Shown in pieces: positions 46,909 through 56,929 of a DNA stretch of 64,000 nt (positions within the stretch are counted from its first letter, which is position 1; every line of letters begins with the position of its first letter). Location of the stretch: positions 1,632,001 to 1,696,000 of the forward strand of contig CAXXMD010000003.1 of the NCBI GenBank assembly GCA_963675755.2. Direction: 5' to 3'. Position numbers and translations under genes: made by a program. A model generated the notes under the pieces. It did no database searches and had not been told where the DNA came from. It saw only the letters and a program-made list of their open reading frames with translations. This DNA comes from a bacterium (GTDB taxonomy: Bacteria > Zhuqueibacterota > Zhuqueibacteria > Residuimicrobiales > Krinioviventaceae).

Positions 46909-48063
46909 ATGAAAACAATAATACTTTTAATTACAATGTTGCTGTTGGGGAGTTCTGTAGTGTCTGCAAGTGAGCAGGTACCGGTAATTTTGCATGATGA
47001 ACCGGGGTGGGTGATTGATGCAAATGAGAATAACATATATACAATTTTTGGAGAAATTCAGGGCTTTTCTGCAGCCCGGTTTTACTTGAAAAAAGAGACG
47101 GTAATATTGCATGTTATCCGTAATAATGATAGCCATGCTCAAATTGTTATTACAGATATGCCGTTGACAGTATATGAACAGTTGGTTAGTGCTGCCGAAA
47201 AGAGAATAAATGCTGTGAAAAAAGGGGACTCTTTTATTGATGCTTTGTACACCCTGGATGATGATATCTGGCAGGAACAATCGAGTATGAAGCGCATCAC
47301 GCTGACCGATGGTAGCAAGCTGGTGGTGACTTTTCAAAAAGCCAAACAGGATACCCTGTTTGCCCAGACTCGGGGTGGAGTGGTTATGACCATACCGGAT
47401 GTTAGTATTGTATCTGTACAGGACCTGGAAAACGAGTTGTCAGATAGTAAATATTACCGTATAGATCCCAATACCTCACGAATGTTCTTTGCACCTACAG
47501 GGCGGGGTGTACCCAAAGGCACAGGTTATTTTGCGGATTACTGGGTGTTTTTTCCTACCGTGGCTTATGGCATAACCTCTCATTTTACCCTCAGTGGAGG
47601 AATGTCTATTTTGCCGGGAGCGGACGAACAAGTGTTTCATTTGGCACCCAAACTCGCTTTTAATATTTCACCCACTGTGGATATTGCAACCGGTATTCTT
47701 TATTTGACAGTACCCGGTGAAGAGGATGCGGATCTGGGACTCGGATTTGCAGTAGCTACATTTGGGAATGAACTCAAAAGCTTGACCCTGGGTGTGGGCA
47801 TACCCATAACAGATTTTGATAGCGATAGTCCTTTGCTGCTTATCGGTGGAGAAACCCAGGTTTCCAACAGTGTTAAGCTCATTACCGAAAACTGGATTTT
47901 CCCGGGGGGAAATGACGGCACTATACTGTTTTCGGGAGGGATTCGGTTTTTCGGTGATAAAGTCGCAGTAGATTTGGCATTGCTCACAGCTATAGAAGCC
48001 TTTGAAGAAGGCGGCTGGCCATTTTTTCCCTGGGTAGATTTTTCCTATTGCTTTGGAAAGTGA
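46909..48063 (+). CDS. Hypothetical outer-membrane protein
   Basis: Signal peptide; 'DPNTSRMFFAPTGR' followed by a beta-barrel-like C-terminal half. Confidence 0.7.
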   Translation: MKTIILLITMLLLGSSVVSASEQVPVILHDEPGWVIDANENNIYTIFGEIQGFSAARFYLKKETVILHVIRNNDSHAQIVITDMPLTVYEQLVSAAEKRINAVKKGDSFIDALYTLDDDIWQEQSSMKRITLTDGSKLVVTFQKAKQDTLFAQTRGGVVMTIPDVSIVSVQDLENELSDSKYYRIDPNTSRMFFAPTGRGVPKGTGYFADYWVFFPTVAYGITSHFTLSGGMSILPGADEQVFHLAPKLAFNISPTVDIATGILYLTVPGEEDADLGLGFAVATFGNELKSLTLGVGIPITDFDSDSPLLLIGGETQVSNSVKLITENWIFPGGNDGTILFSGGIRFFGDKVAVDLALLTAIEAFEEGGWPFFPWVDFSYCFGK

Positions 48064-48182
48064 GAAAATCATTTTTCAAAATACTGTGATAATGAAATCC
48101 TGTTAAAAATTTTCCAAGCTTTAAATGTTAGAATTTTTTATATTGGCTTTGTAGGAAGAGATGTGATATTCAAGAGGTTGAG

Positions 48183-50324
48183 ATGAAAAGAATTCTAATG
48201 TTGCTGCTGATAGCAGTTTCGGCAAACGTGTATGCACAAGCGAATGTTAGAGCGGTTTTTACCAACGAAAACATTGACATTGACGGGTATCTGGATGAAG
48301 CTGTATGGACGTCAGCTGAACCCATTACCGAGTTTTACCAGCGGGAACCGGATGTAGGTGAACCTTGTTCCGAAAAAACAGAAGTCTATGTTTTGTACGA
48401 CAAGGACAATCTTTACATCGGCTGCAAGCTGTATGATGATCCCAAACTGATCACCGCCAAAGAAGTGGCGCGTGATGCCAGCCTGGGAAGTGAAGATGCC
48501 ATTAAAATCATTATCGATACTTTTTTAGACAAGCGAAATGCATTCTGGTTTCAGATCAATGCCCGTGGCTGTATGGGTGATGCGCTTATTTCGCAAAATG
48601 GTGCTGTATTTAACAAGTCGTGGGACGGCATCTGGATTGGTCGTTCCAAAGTTGTTGAGGATGGCTGGACCACCGAGATTGCCATACCTTTTAAAACATT
48701 CAGTTTTAATAAAAACCAGACTACATGGGGATTCAAGCTTAATCGAAATATTGCAAGAAAGCAAGAGAATGCATTCTGGCCTGTTGCCAATGTAGATTCT
48801 TATAAATTCCAGGTATCAGACGCAGGCCCACTTGAAGGATTAAAAGATTTGTCACAGGGCATTGGACTGGATATCAGTCCCTATGCTTTGTTTGGAATGG
48901 ATAATGAACCCTCGGAGGATCGCGAGTATCCTGTTGATGCGGGTGTGGATATGTTTTACCAGATCACTCCTTCAGTCAAAAGCGCGTTGACCGTAAATAC
49001 GGACTTTGCCCAGACCGAAGTGGATGACCGTATGATCAACCTGACCCGTTTCCCCCTGCTTTTCCCGGAAAAACGTGATTTCTTTTTGGATGGTGCGGGC
49101 TATTTTAATTTTGGATTAGAGCTGGACAACCGAGATAATCCTTATGCCAACAAGCTGATCCCGTTCTTCTCCCGACGTATCGGGTTGGACGGCAATGGAA
49201 ATCCTGTACCCATCAAATGGGGCGGCAAAGTAACCGGACAAATTGGTCAATGGAACATGGGCTTGCTGGCAATTGCAGACGAGCGTGACGACAAAAACCA
49301 GGAATATGCGGTAGCGAGAATCTCACGTAATATTGGCGGGCAATCCTCTATTGGGTTTATCGGGACGACTGGTAATTCCGTTGGTGATGCAGACAATCAT
49401 GTGATAGGCGCGGATGTTAAACTGGCAACTTCGAATTTCAGAGGAAATCAGAATCTGGGTGTAATACTGTTTGGATTAAAATCCTCAACTGACGGTTTGT
49501 CTGGTAATGATATGTCGTGGGGTGGTGATATTATTTATCCCAATGATTTTCTTTACATCCGTACCGGATTCCATGAAATTGGCGACAATTTTCTGCCCGG
49601 AATCGGTTTCCAGAAACGCAGCGGAATCCGGGAAACCTATGGAAATATTGCTGTGGGACCGCGACCCAATCGTTGGGGCATTATGCAATATTATATAAAG
49701 ACGGGTTATGATTATATCACCAACATGGACAATGAGTTGGAAACACGTGAACTTGAGCTGACGCCCTTGAGCGTCCGCTTTAAAACCGGAGATCAGTTCG
49801 AGGTCGCTATGCTGCCCACGTATGAGCGGTTGAGCAGTGATTTTGCAATTCATACCGATCACACCATACCAACAGATATATATGAATTTAACCGTTTTCA
49901 AACGAGTGTAACCAGTGCGCAGCACAGAAAAGCCTGGGTGGGCTTGTCTTATGAATGGGGCGATTTTTATACCGGCAACCGTCAGGAAACTGTATTGGAA
50001 TCGGGATTCAAAATAGGTGTACCATTTTATCTGGGTGTTGCGTATGAGCACAATTCGGTGTCACTGGCTACCGGTGATTTTGATACGGATGTGATGCGCG
50101 TAAATTTCAACTTTTTGTTCAGTCCCAATGTAACATTGTACAATTTTGTTCAATATGATAATTTATCCAAAAAAATGGGAATTCAATCCCGCTTTGTGTG
50201 GATCATGAAACCCGGGAATGAAATTTTACTGGTTTGGAGAACTATTGCTCAGGATCCGTTTGATCACTGGGAAACTCAGGAAGATAACGCGCGTATGAAA
50301 CTCAGATACAATTACAGGTTCTAA
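48183..50324 (+). CDS. CBM9-like + DUF5916 outer-membrane protein
   Basis: 'IDGYLDE..W', 'EIAIPF', 'NTDFAQTEVD', 'FPEKRDFF' and 'FFSRRIG'. Confidence 0.87.
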   Translation: MKRILMLLLIAVSANVYAQANVRAVFTNENIDIDGYLDEAVWTSAEPITEFYQREPDVGEPCSEKTEVYVLYDKDNLYIGCKLYDDPKLITAKEVARDASLGSEDAIKIIIDTFLDKRNAFWFQINARGCMGDALISQNGAVFNKSWDGIWIGRSKVVEDGWTTEIAIPFKTFSFNKNQTTWGFKLNRNIARKQENAFWPVANVDSYKFQVSDAGPLEGLKDLSQGIGLDISPYALFGMDNEPSEDREYPVDAGVDMFYQITPSVKSALTVNTDFAQTEVDDRMINLTRFPLLFPEKRDFFLDGAGYFNFGLELDNRDNPYANKLIPFFSRRIGLDGNGNPVPIKWGGKVTGQIGQWNMGLLAIADERDDKNQEYAVARISRNIGGQSSIGFIGTTGNSVGDADNHVIGADVKLATSNFRGNQNLGVILFGLKSSTDGLSGNDMSWGGDIIYPNDFLYIRTGFHEIGDNFLPGIGFQKRSGIRETYGNIAVGPRPNRWGIMQYYIKTGYDYITNMDNELETRELELTPLSVRFKTGDQFEVAMLPTYERLSSDFAIHTDHTIPTDIYEFNRFQTSVTSAQHRKAWVGLSYEWGDFYTGNRQETVLESGFKIGVPFYLGVAYEHNSVSLATGDFDTDVMRVNFNFLFSPNVTLYNFVQYDNLSKKMGIQSRFVWIMKPGNEILLVWRTIAQDPFDHWETQEDNARMKLRYNYRF

Positions 50325-50332
50325 GAGATTGT

Positions 50333-50986
50333 ATGTATACAGAACTCGATATACAAAGCTGGCCGCGCAAGGACCAGTATAATTTTTTCAAGGATTTTGA
50401 TATTCCGTTTTTCAACATCTGCGCCGATATTGATGTAACGTCTTTGGTGCAAATGTCTAAATTAAAAAAAGTCTCTTTTTTTATAGCGTCATTATATGCT
50501 TCCACCCGTGCTGTGAACGAGGTGGAAGCGTTTCGCTATCGTATCAAAGACGATAAGGTCATTGTTTACGATGTGATCCATGCCGGATCAACAGTGCTTT
50601 ACAAGGATGAAACCTTTGGATTTTGTTATTTCCCCTGGGACCCGGATTATAAAACGTTTTCGGAACAGTCTTTAAAAATCCTGCAAGAATTTACAGGAAA
50701 AAAAGAAACCCTGAATCCCCGTGTCGAACAGGATGATCTCATTCATTATTCAATAGTACCCTGGATCCGCTTTACCAGCATCTCTCATGCCCGCAAGTTC
50801 AGAAGCGGTGACTCTATCCCCAAGATAGTTTTTGGCAAGTATTTTCAACAGGAGGGCGTTTGGAAAATGCCCGTCTCTGTTGAGGTCCATCACGCGCTTT
50901 TGGACGCGCTGCATGTGGCCAAATATTTTGATGTGTTTCAAGAGACGATCTGTAATTTTTCATCCATGGTTAAAAGCTCTGTGTGA
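50333..50986 (+). CDS. Chloramphenicol acetyltransferase (CatA)-family O-acetyltransferase
   Basis: 'W.RK..Y.FF', 'FRYRI', 'S.VPW..F' and 'PVSVEVHHALLD'. Confidence 0.85.
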   Translation: MYTELDIQSWPRKDQYNFFKDFDIPFFNICADIDVTSLVQMSKLKKVSFFIASLYASTRAVNEVEAFRYRIKDDKVIVYDVIHAGSTVLYKDETFGFCYFPWDPDYKTFSEQSLKILQEFTGKKETLNPRVEQDDLIHYSIVPWIRFTSISHARKFRSGDSIPKIVFGKYFQQEGVWKMPVSVEVHHALLDALHVAKYFDVFQETICNFSSMVKSSV

Positions 50987-51046
50987 TTGAAATATTCATA
51001 TTACTCAGGATATGGATTGTCGATTCTTATAACCAAGGGGGAGTAA

Positions 51047-51484
51047 ATGAAAAAAGGACAAATTTGTTTATTAATAATCATTCTGTTAGTATGGCCGTAT
51101 CTTTCAAGAAAAAATTTGTATCTTGTAAATATGCGACATTATATTATTCCTGTTGAAGTGAGAACAAGTATTATCAATGCCGGATTTATTATTCCTCATT
51201 TTACAAATATTACATTAAAAGATATCAAAAAAATATTTACCCTTTGTGATAATGTTATGATGATCACAATGGAAGAATCAAATGAATATTGTAGAATAAG
51301 TGCGTCAACACCGGTATTTTATTCAGCAATATTGCAAATATCTTTTTATGCGAGGATAGAGAATGAAACTTTTTATGGAGATGATATGGGGTCTGGAAGA
51401 GAGCATTATATTTGGACACCATGGCGATGGTATCATGTAAAAAATGATTATTTTTTCAATACACCTGATTTAAAGTTGAATTAG
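51047..51484 (+). CDS. Hypothetical protein
   Basis: SD GGGGAG, N-terminal hydrophobic segment, AT-rich; no family recognised. Confidence 0.55.
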   Translation: MKKGQICLLIIILLVWPYLSRKNLYLVNMRHYIIPVEVRTSIINAGFIIPHFTNITLKDIKKIFTLCDNVMMITMEESNEYCRISASTPVFYSAILQISFYARIENETFYGDDMGSGREHYIWTPWRWYHVKNDYFFNTPDLKLN

Positions 51485-51565
51485 AAACAGATAATCCCTT
51501 GTACTTTTTCCACAATCCCTGTATCTTGATTTGAATATTATTTTACCCTGTAATTGGGAGACAAT

Positions 51566-53725
51566 ATGAGATCAGGTATTATATCTATTCTTTTTTTTGC
51601 AATACATCTTTATTCTGCAGGATTGGATTCCTTATCCCCGGTTGAGAATTGGCAGCAGCTTGCTCCGGGTATCTGGAAAGCAGAGATTGGAAATATGGAT
51701 AATGAGTTGCGTTATACCGATCTTGCCGCAGAGCCACCTATGATCAATGCGCTTGAATCCTTTACCCAAACTTTATTTCCATTTAACGATGGAGAGATTG
51801 GCTGTTACTGTTCCGAAGATCAGATGATCATGGTGCGGATTCCAACTGACGCGGAGGAAAATATTTATGGATTTGGATTGCAGCTGGATGGTATCCGTAA
51901 AAATAAAAAAGTGCTTACACTCAATGTAGATCACTGGTCCCGTGGCGGGGGACGTACACATGCACCGGTTCCCTTTTATATTTCGAGTAAAGGGTACGGT
52001 GTGTTTTTCAATACCGCGCGATTTTTAAAAGCTTATGTCAAAGTTGGGAACCGGAAAGATTCACCCAATCTGCCCCCCAGAGTGGACCGGAACCCTGCTC
52101 CCGGTGATGAGCAGCCCGGTCCCTGGCAGGCAGTACCCGAGGCTGATGCCGTAGAGGCCATGGTGCGGGCAGAGGGGTTGGAAGTGATTGTTATTTCCGG
52201 AGCATCTCTGCTGGATGTTGTGCAGCGATACAATCTCTATTGCGGAGGTGGTGCAATGCCGCCTTTATGGGGATTGGGATTCTGGCACCGGGTGCCAGCC
52301 GTTTTTGATGAACAACAGACACGGGACGAGATAGAGCAATTCTATAAGCACGATTTTCCTCTTGATGTAATTGGCTTGGAACCTGGGTGGATGTCCAAAT
52401 CTTATCCTTGTACCTTTGAATGGCAGACCAAACGCTTTCCTGATCCGAAAGCATTTGCATCGGATTTGCTTGAGCAGGGAATTCGACTGAACCTTTGGGA
52501 AAATCCTTACATCTCTCCGGCAAGTCGGATTTATAAGGATATGTATCCACTGTCTGCTTCACATCTGGTATGGTTGGGTCTGGTACCGGATTATACGTTG
52601 AAAGCAGCACGTGACCTTTTGACAAAACAGCATGAGCAGGACCATACAAGTATTGGTATCAGCGGTTACAAGATTGATGAAGTAGATGGTTATGACCGAT
52701 GGCTCTGGCCAGATCACGCACAATTTCCTTCCGGCACTCCGGCGGAAACCATGCGTCAGGCGTATGGTTTGATCATGCAAAACATGATTTATCATGATCT
52801 GTTTAAAAAGCACAATGTCCGTACTTACGGGCTGGTACGCTCGAGCAACGGAGCAGCCTCCGGCTATCCCTTTGTGATATACAGCGACTCTTATAATCAT
52901 GAGCAATATATCACTGGACTTTCTGCAGCCAGTTTGTCGGGTATTTTATGGACACCAGAAGTCCGCAGTGGTGGAGATGCGCGTGACTGGCTTAACCGCA
53001 TTCAGACGGTTTGTTTTTCTCCCATGGTTAACTTGAATGCCTGGGCTTCGGCAAAGAAACCATGGAGTTATGGTGATGTTACAGATGATGTGCGAAATGT
53101 AATCAATCTGCGCATGCAGCTTTTGCCTTATATTTATACCGCTTTCGCGGATTACCATTTCAAAGGTATTCCGCCCATCCGGGCGATGGTGTTGGAGAGC
53201 AGCAGTCCGGCTGGAAATGTGAAACAGATAAAGGGCAAACTGGATGATACCTACGATCCTTATGCCGAGACAAAAGTTGTGGAAAGCACAGACCAGTTCA
53301 TGTTTGGCCCCTCAATCCTGGTGGCTCCGTTTTATACTGCGCATCCGGTTGAGCGGGAGGTGGTCCTGCCGTCGGGAAACTGGTATGATTTTTACTCCGG
53401 AAAGCTTGTCGGGAATGGAGAGACGATTACGGTTAATGCGGACAGCAACCGCGTACCGCTGTTTGTCAAAGAGGGAGCGGTTATTCCCATGCTGACAGAA
53501 CCGGTGAACAATACCCGTAAAGCATATGGTCACCCGCTCCAGGTACGGATTTATGGCTCGGATTCCGGAGTTTTTGATCTCTATGAAGACGACGGGAACA
53601 GTTTTGATTATCAGCAGGGAAAATACCGAATCCGGCGCATTCGTGTGGAAAAGAGCAACGTCACGGAAGAAGTAATATGGGATAATTCTCCTGCGATGTT
53701 TGGGCCGGTGGTTAGTGTCTGGTAG
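51566..53725 (+). CDS. Glycoside hydrolase family 31 (alpha-xylosidase/alpha-glucosidase-like)
   Basis: 'HAPVPFYISSKGYG', 'GYKIDEVD', 'YSDSY', 'QFMFG..ILVAP' and 'LYEDDG'. Confidence 0.9.
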   Translation: MRSGIISILFFAIHLYSAGLDSLSPVENWQQLAPGIWKAEIGNMDNELRYTDLAAEPPMINALESFTQTLFPFNDGEIGCYCSEDQMIMVRIPTDAEENIYGFGLQLDGIRKNKKVLTLNVDHWSRGGGRTHAPVPFYISSKGYGVFFNTARFLKAYVKVGNRKDSPNLPPRVDRNPAPGDEQPGPWQAVPEADAVEAMVRAEGLEVIVISGASLLDVVQRYNLYCGGGAMPPLWGLGFWHRVPAVFDEQQTRDEIEQFYKHDFPLDVIGLEPGWMSKSYPCTFEWQTKRFPDPKAFASDLLEQGIRLNLWENPYISPASRIYKDMYPLSASHLVWLGLVPDYTLKAARDLLTKQHEQDHTSIGISGYKIDEVDGYDRWLWPDHAQFPSGTPAETMRQAYGLIMQNMIYHDLFKKHNVRTYGLVRSSNGAASGYPFVIYSDSYNHEQYITGLSAASLSGILWTPEVRSGGDARDWLNRIQTVCFSPMVNLNAWASAKKPWSYGDVTDDVRNVINLRMQLLPYIYTAFADYHFKGIPPIRAMVLESSSPAGNVKQIKGKLDDTYDPYAETKVVESTDQFMFGPSILVAPFYTAHPVEREVVLPSGNWYDFYSGKLVGNGETITVNADSNRVPLFVKEGAVIPMLTEPVNNTRKAYGHPLQVRIYGSDSGVFDLYEDDGNSFDYQQGKYRIRRIRVEKSNVTEEVIWDNSPAMFGPVVSVW

Positions 53726-53747
53726 TTATTTTTTAAGAGGAGAATTA

Positions 53748-53776
53748 GTAGGGATGGGTCTTTGACCCATCCTAAC
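53748..53776 (+). repeat. GTAG-tagged REP-like palindrome
   Basis: GTAG-GGATGGGTC-ttt-GACCCATCC-TAAC between convergent genes. Confidence 0.65.
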
Positions 53777-53933
53777 AATCAGATGTGTTAATGAAACATT
53801 GCAAAAAGAGTACTGTTTTGCGGGATTAAAATACAAAATGTACTTTTACTTTAATACAAGGCTTAAAGTAAAACAAGAGACTAACAGCATATTAGCAAAT
53901 CCGGAAACAGAGTCATTTCTGTAAAAAAAAGTA

Positions 53934-54980
53934 TTATAACGTTGACATTTCCTGATTATCAAAATTTTTTCTATAATAGGTCATATAATCCACTTTTCGT
54001 TCCAGTGCTTGAATCGTTGCATGAGAAAAATTCACGTTTTCAAATTTTTGTGCACTTCCCAGTCCACCAGGACTGAAAACGTTAATTTCCATTAATTTAT
54101 CTCCAACAATATCCAGACCAACCATAAACATTCCATCCTGAACCAGTTTAGGGCGAACAATTTCTGCCAGTTTAAAGTGTTCGTCTGTAAGTTCTGCCTT
54201 TCTCAATTTTCCACCGGCGTGAATATTACTTCGAATATCATCACCTGTTCGAACTCGTCTGAAAGCAGCGTATTTGCCTTTATAGCGAAACGGAACACCA
54301 TTCATCAAAAACAATCTTGTATCACCATCGACAGCTGCTGGCAAATATTCCTGTGCAATGACATAACCATCGCGGGTAACAGCATCAACCATTTGGTTAA
54401 GATTGCCAAGATCGTCTTTACGTACAATAAATACATTTGCACCACCGGAACCTTGTAATGGTTTTAAGACAATACTTCCACCAAGATCTTTAGCAAAGCT
54501 TTTTATTTCAGACCGATCACGTGTAATTAATGTTTTTGGACGAACTTCTTCAGGGAAAAGTTGAAAATACATTTTATTCATAGCTTTTGCAAGACCATTA
54601 GGATCATTTAAAACAATTACTCCATGGCGCATAGCAGCACGACCAAAAATAATTCCAGATTGCTGTGCCCATGAGCGCATGCCTGTGTCTGTTGAAGGAT
54701 CACTGCGCAGCATTAAAACATCCAAATCATCAACTGTAATTCGCTCTGTTCTGGCTTCTTTACCTTGTAAATGCCGGAGATATGTTTCAGACGATTTATA
54801 TTGTGATTTAGGTGTTGAGCGTGCCCTGGCATGGATCTTTTCATCTATATCGTACGCAAAGTCACCAGCACCAATCACCCATGCTTCATGGCCTCTGTTA
54901 ATAGCAGCCATAGCTAAACGGGTTGTAGTATAGCCGGGTTCTTCTGTTTTGATATCATTTACAACAAAACCAATTCTCAT
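53934..54980 (-). CDS. Glutathione synthetase (GshB)-like ATP-grasp ligase, divergent subfamily
   Basis: GSH-S N-domain start 'MRIGFVVND', 'LRSDP', 'VLKPL.GSGG', 'QEYLP...GDTR', 'RSNIHAGG' and 'GLDIVGDKLMEINVFSPGG'. Confidence 0.88.
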   Translation of the reverse strand: MRIGFVVNDIKTEEPGYTTTRLAMAAINRGHEAWVIGAGDFAYDIDEKIHARARSTPKSQYKSSETYLRHLQGKEARTERITVDDLDVLMLRSDPSTDTGMRSWAQQSGIIFGRAAMRHGVIVLNDPNGLAKAMNKMYFQLFPEEVRPKTLITRDRSEIKSFAKDLGGSIVLKPLQGSGGANVFIVRKDDLGNLNQMVDAVTRDGYVIAQEYLPAAVDGDTRLFLMNGVPFRYKGKYAAFRRVRTGDDIRSNIHAGGKLRKAELTDEHFKLAEIVRPKLVQDGMFMVGLDIVGDKLMEINVFSPGGLGSAQKFENVNFSHATIQALERKVDYMTYYRKNFDNQEMSTL

Positions 54981-54985
54981 TCTAT

Positions 54986-56917
54986 TTATCCTCCAATTAA
55001 ATTTATGACCAACATTCCATCTTTTAATTTTTTTAATTTTTCTTTTGCCAGATCGTTTTCGAGATAGCGCGGCCGAAGAGGAATAGGATGTAATACTTTA
55101 CGTAATTGTAATTCTTTAATAATTTCAACGTGTTCAAGGCCAATTTTGCCAACAAATAATGGATCTAGCTCTTTATGTTTTTTTAAATAGTTTAATAATT
55201 TTACCAATCCCCTCAAGTATACAATATCCTTTGTCAGTCCTCCAGCGCGATAAATTCGAGTTGTGATAATAAATGAAGTTCGTTGTGTAAATCCATAGTC
55301 ATGATTTAGAATTCGAAAGGTATCAATGAATGTAGCATTGTTTATCATATGATATGCGGCTATAACTCTACCGGCGAGAATTCTAAATCGCATTTTATTT
55401 AAGCCTCCGGCAAAATATTCCGCCAGTACTGCAATGCCTTCCTGTAACTCTTCATATCCTGTTAGACCGCAATATAATAATTTAAAAGGTTGTGAACGGC
55501 CATTAAAATATGTTAAAATATGAGTTCCAATTTCATGCTGTAAAAGGGCATTACAACGTGTTACTGGAATTGCAACTTTTGGGCTTATCAGTAAGTTGCC
55601 ACGCGACACCATTAATCCAACGGTATCATTGCGTATTTGAACTGTAGAAGTTATTTGAGAATTAAATTGACGATAATATTCAATCTCCTGTTTTGCATAT
55701 TCTGCAAATTTAGTTGCATTCAGAAAACCATCAGCGGATTTCTCGTGACTATGAGGCGGGATAGCATGTAACAAATCTTCGGCTAATTGTAATAGGTCTT
55801 CATCAACTACACCATAAAGTTGAAGACTGCCATAAAAAAAAGATTTGCTGTCGCGATCTGTTAACATAGACAAATGTCTATCAATTTCTCTTCGTTTTTC
55901 ATAAAATATGTTAGCCAGTGTAGGGTCTTCTATTCGTCCAATTTGAATATCATGTAGTTTGTATTTTAACCGAGAGGGATCTATAGATCTGGGTCGGTAA
56001 TAAAATACTGGAGATTTATTGAATCGGTTTTTTTGAAACGCCCTAAATGCAGCTTCAGTATTTACCGGTGTTGAAAGTAAAAGAAAATCATAAAGACTGC
56101 TAATTTCTGCAAGTTTTGTATCAACGTCCCAAACCGCCTTAACAACCGCTCGCCTACCAAGTGATTGGTAATGATAGGGACGCATATTGGTTTGATTGAA
56201 GGAGAATTCAAACAGTGCTTTTTTTAAAGCCCGGGAAACACCCTGGTGTAATTTTCTGAGAATTAAAGGGTAAACTTGTCCGGTTTCGGGATTACGAAAA
56301 ACTGGTTTTACCTCTAATCCAAAAATAAAACAGTCAAGCTTTCTGGCAGTAAATTCGGATATTATATTATTAAATCCTCTCGGTTCATATTTTTTATCAT
56401 AAACGATTTCTACTGATGCGGGCTGTCTGTTAATTTGAATTCTTTTTAATGCTTCTTCAAAAACTTCAATTGATCGGGTTGGTGGATGATCTGGTGAGGT
56501 AATAATGCGAAAAAAAGGTTTAAAAAAATCCGGATTGTCTGTTGTTATTGTCTGCTCATCCGGATTTGTCCAGATTTCAATAATTAAAAATCCGTTGCAT
56601 TTTTTGGAAAGGGTTTCTACAATTGTTTTAACAAGTTTTATAAGAGTTAACTTGTATTTTGGCCGTCCTGGGGCAATCAAATATGAAGCCTCGCCCTTTA
56701 CAAGTACGTCCGTTCCAGTATCCGTTTTATTGACGGGTCTTCGATATACTATTAAAAAGGGCAATGTACGATCAATATGCAAACGACCATTCATTGGCAA
56801 AGTACGTCTGACAATTTTTCCCTGGTCTAGGCGACTCCTGATCGATTCTATAAAATAAGAAGAAATGTTGTTATCTATGGGCTTTTTGCTCTTTATTGAT
56901 TTTATTCCTTTTTTCAT
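54986..56917 (-). CDS. DUF1704 / QEGLA-motif (MATCAP-like) metallopeptidase with N-terminal extension
   Basis: HExxxH 'HEIGTH', 'LQEGIAVLAE' and 'R.YRAGGLTKD.VYLRG'. Confidence 0.87.
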   Translation of the reverse strand: MKKGIKSIKSKKPIDNNISSYFIESIRSRLDQGKIVRRTLPMNGRLHIDRTLPFLIVYRRPVNKTDTGTDVLVKGEASYLIAPGRPKYKLTLIKLVKTIVETLSKKCNGFLIIEIWTNPDEQTITTDNPDFFKPFFRIITSPDHPPTRSIEVFEEALKRIQINRQPASVEIVYDKKYEPRGFNNIISEFTARKLDCFIFGLEVKPVFRNPETGQVYPLILRKLHQGVSRALKKALFEFSFNQTNMRPYHYQSLGRRAVVKAVWDVDTKLAEISSLYDFLLLSTPVNTEAAFRAFQKNRFNKSPVFYYRPRSIDPSRLKYKLHDIQIGRIEDPTLANIFYEKRREIDRHLSMLTDRDSKSFFYGSLQLYGVVDEDLLQLAEDLLHAIPPHSHEKSADGFLNATKFAEYAKQEIEYYRQFNSQITSTVQIRNDTVGLMVSRGNLLISPKVAIPVTRCNALLQHEIGTHILTYFNGRSQPFKLLYCGLTGYEELQEGIAVLAEYFAGGLNKMRFRILAGRVIAAYHMINNATFIDTFRILNHDYGFTQRTSFIITTRIYRAGGLTKDIVYLRGLVKLLNYLKKHKELDPLFVGKIGLEHVEIIKELQLRKVLHPIPLRPRYLENDLAKEKLKKLKDGMLVINLIGG

Positions 56918-56929
56918 CTGGCATATACC

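Noticed and set aside
53934-54980. Calling the gene gshB
   Set aside because: The C-terminal motif is divergent, the operon context is peptidases, and no gshA is nearby, so the symbol is withheld.
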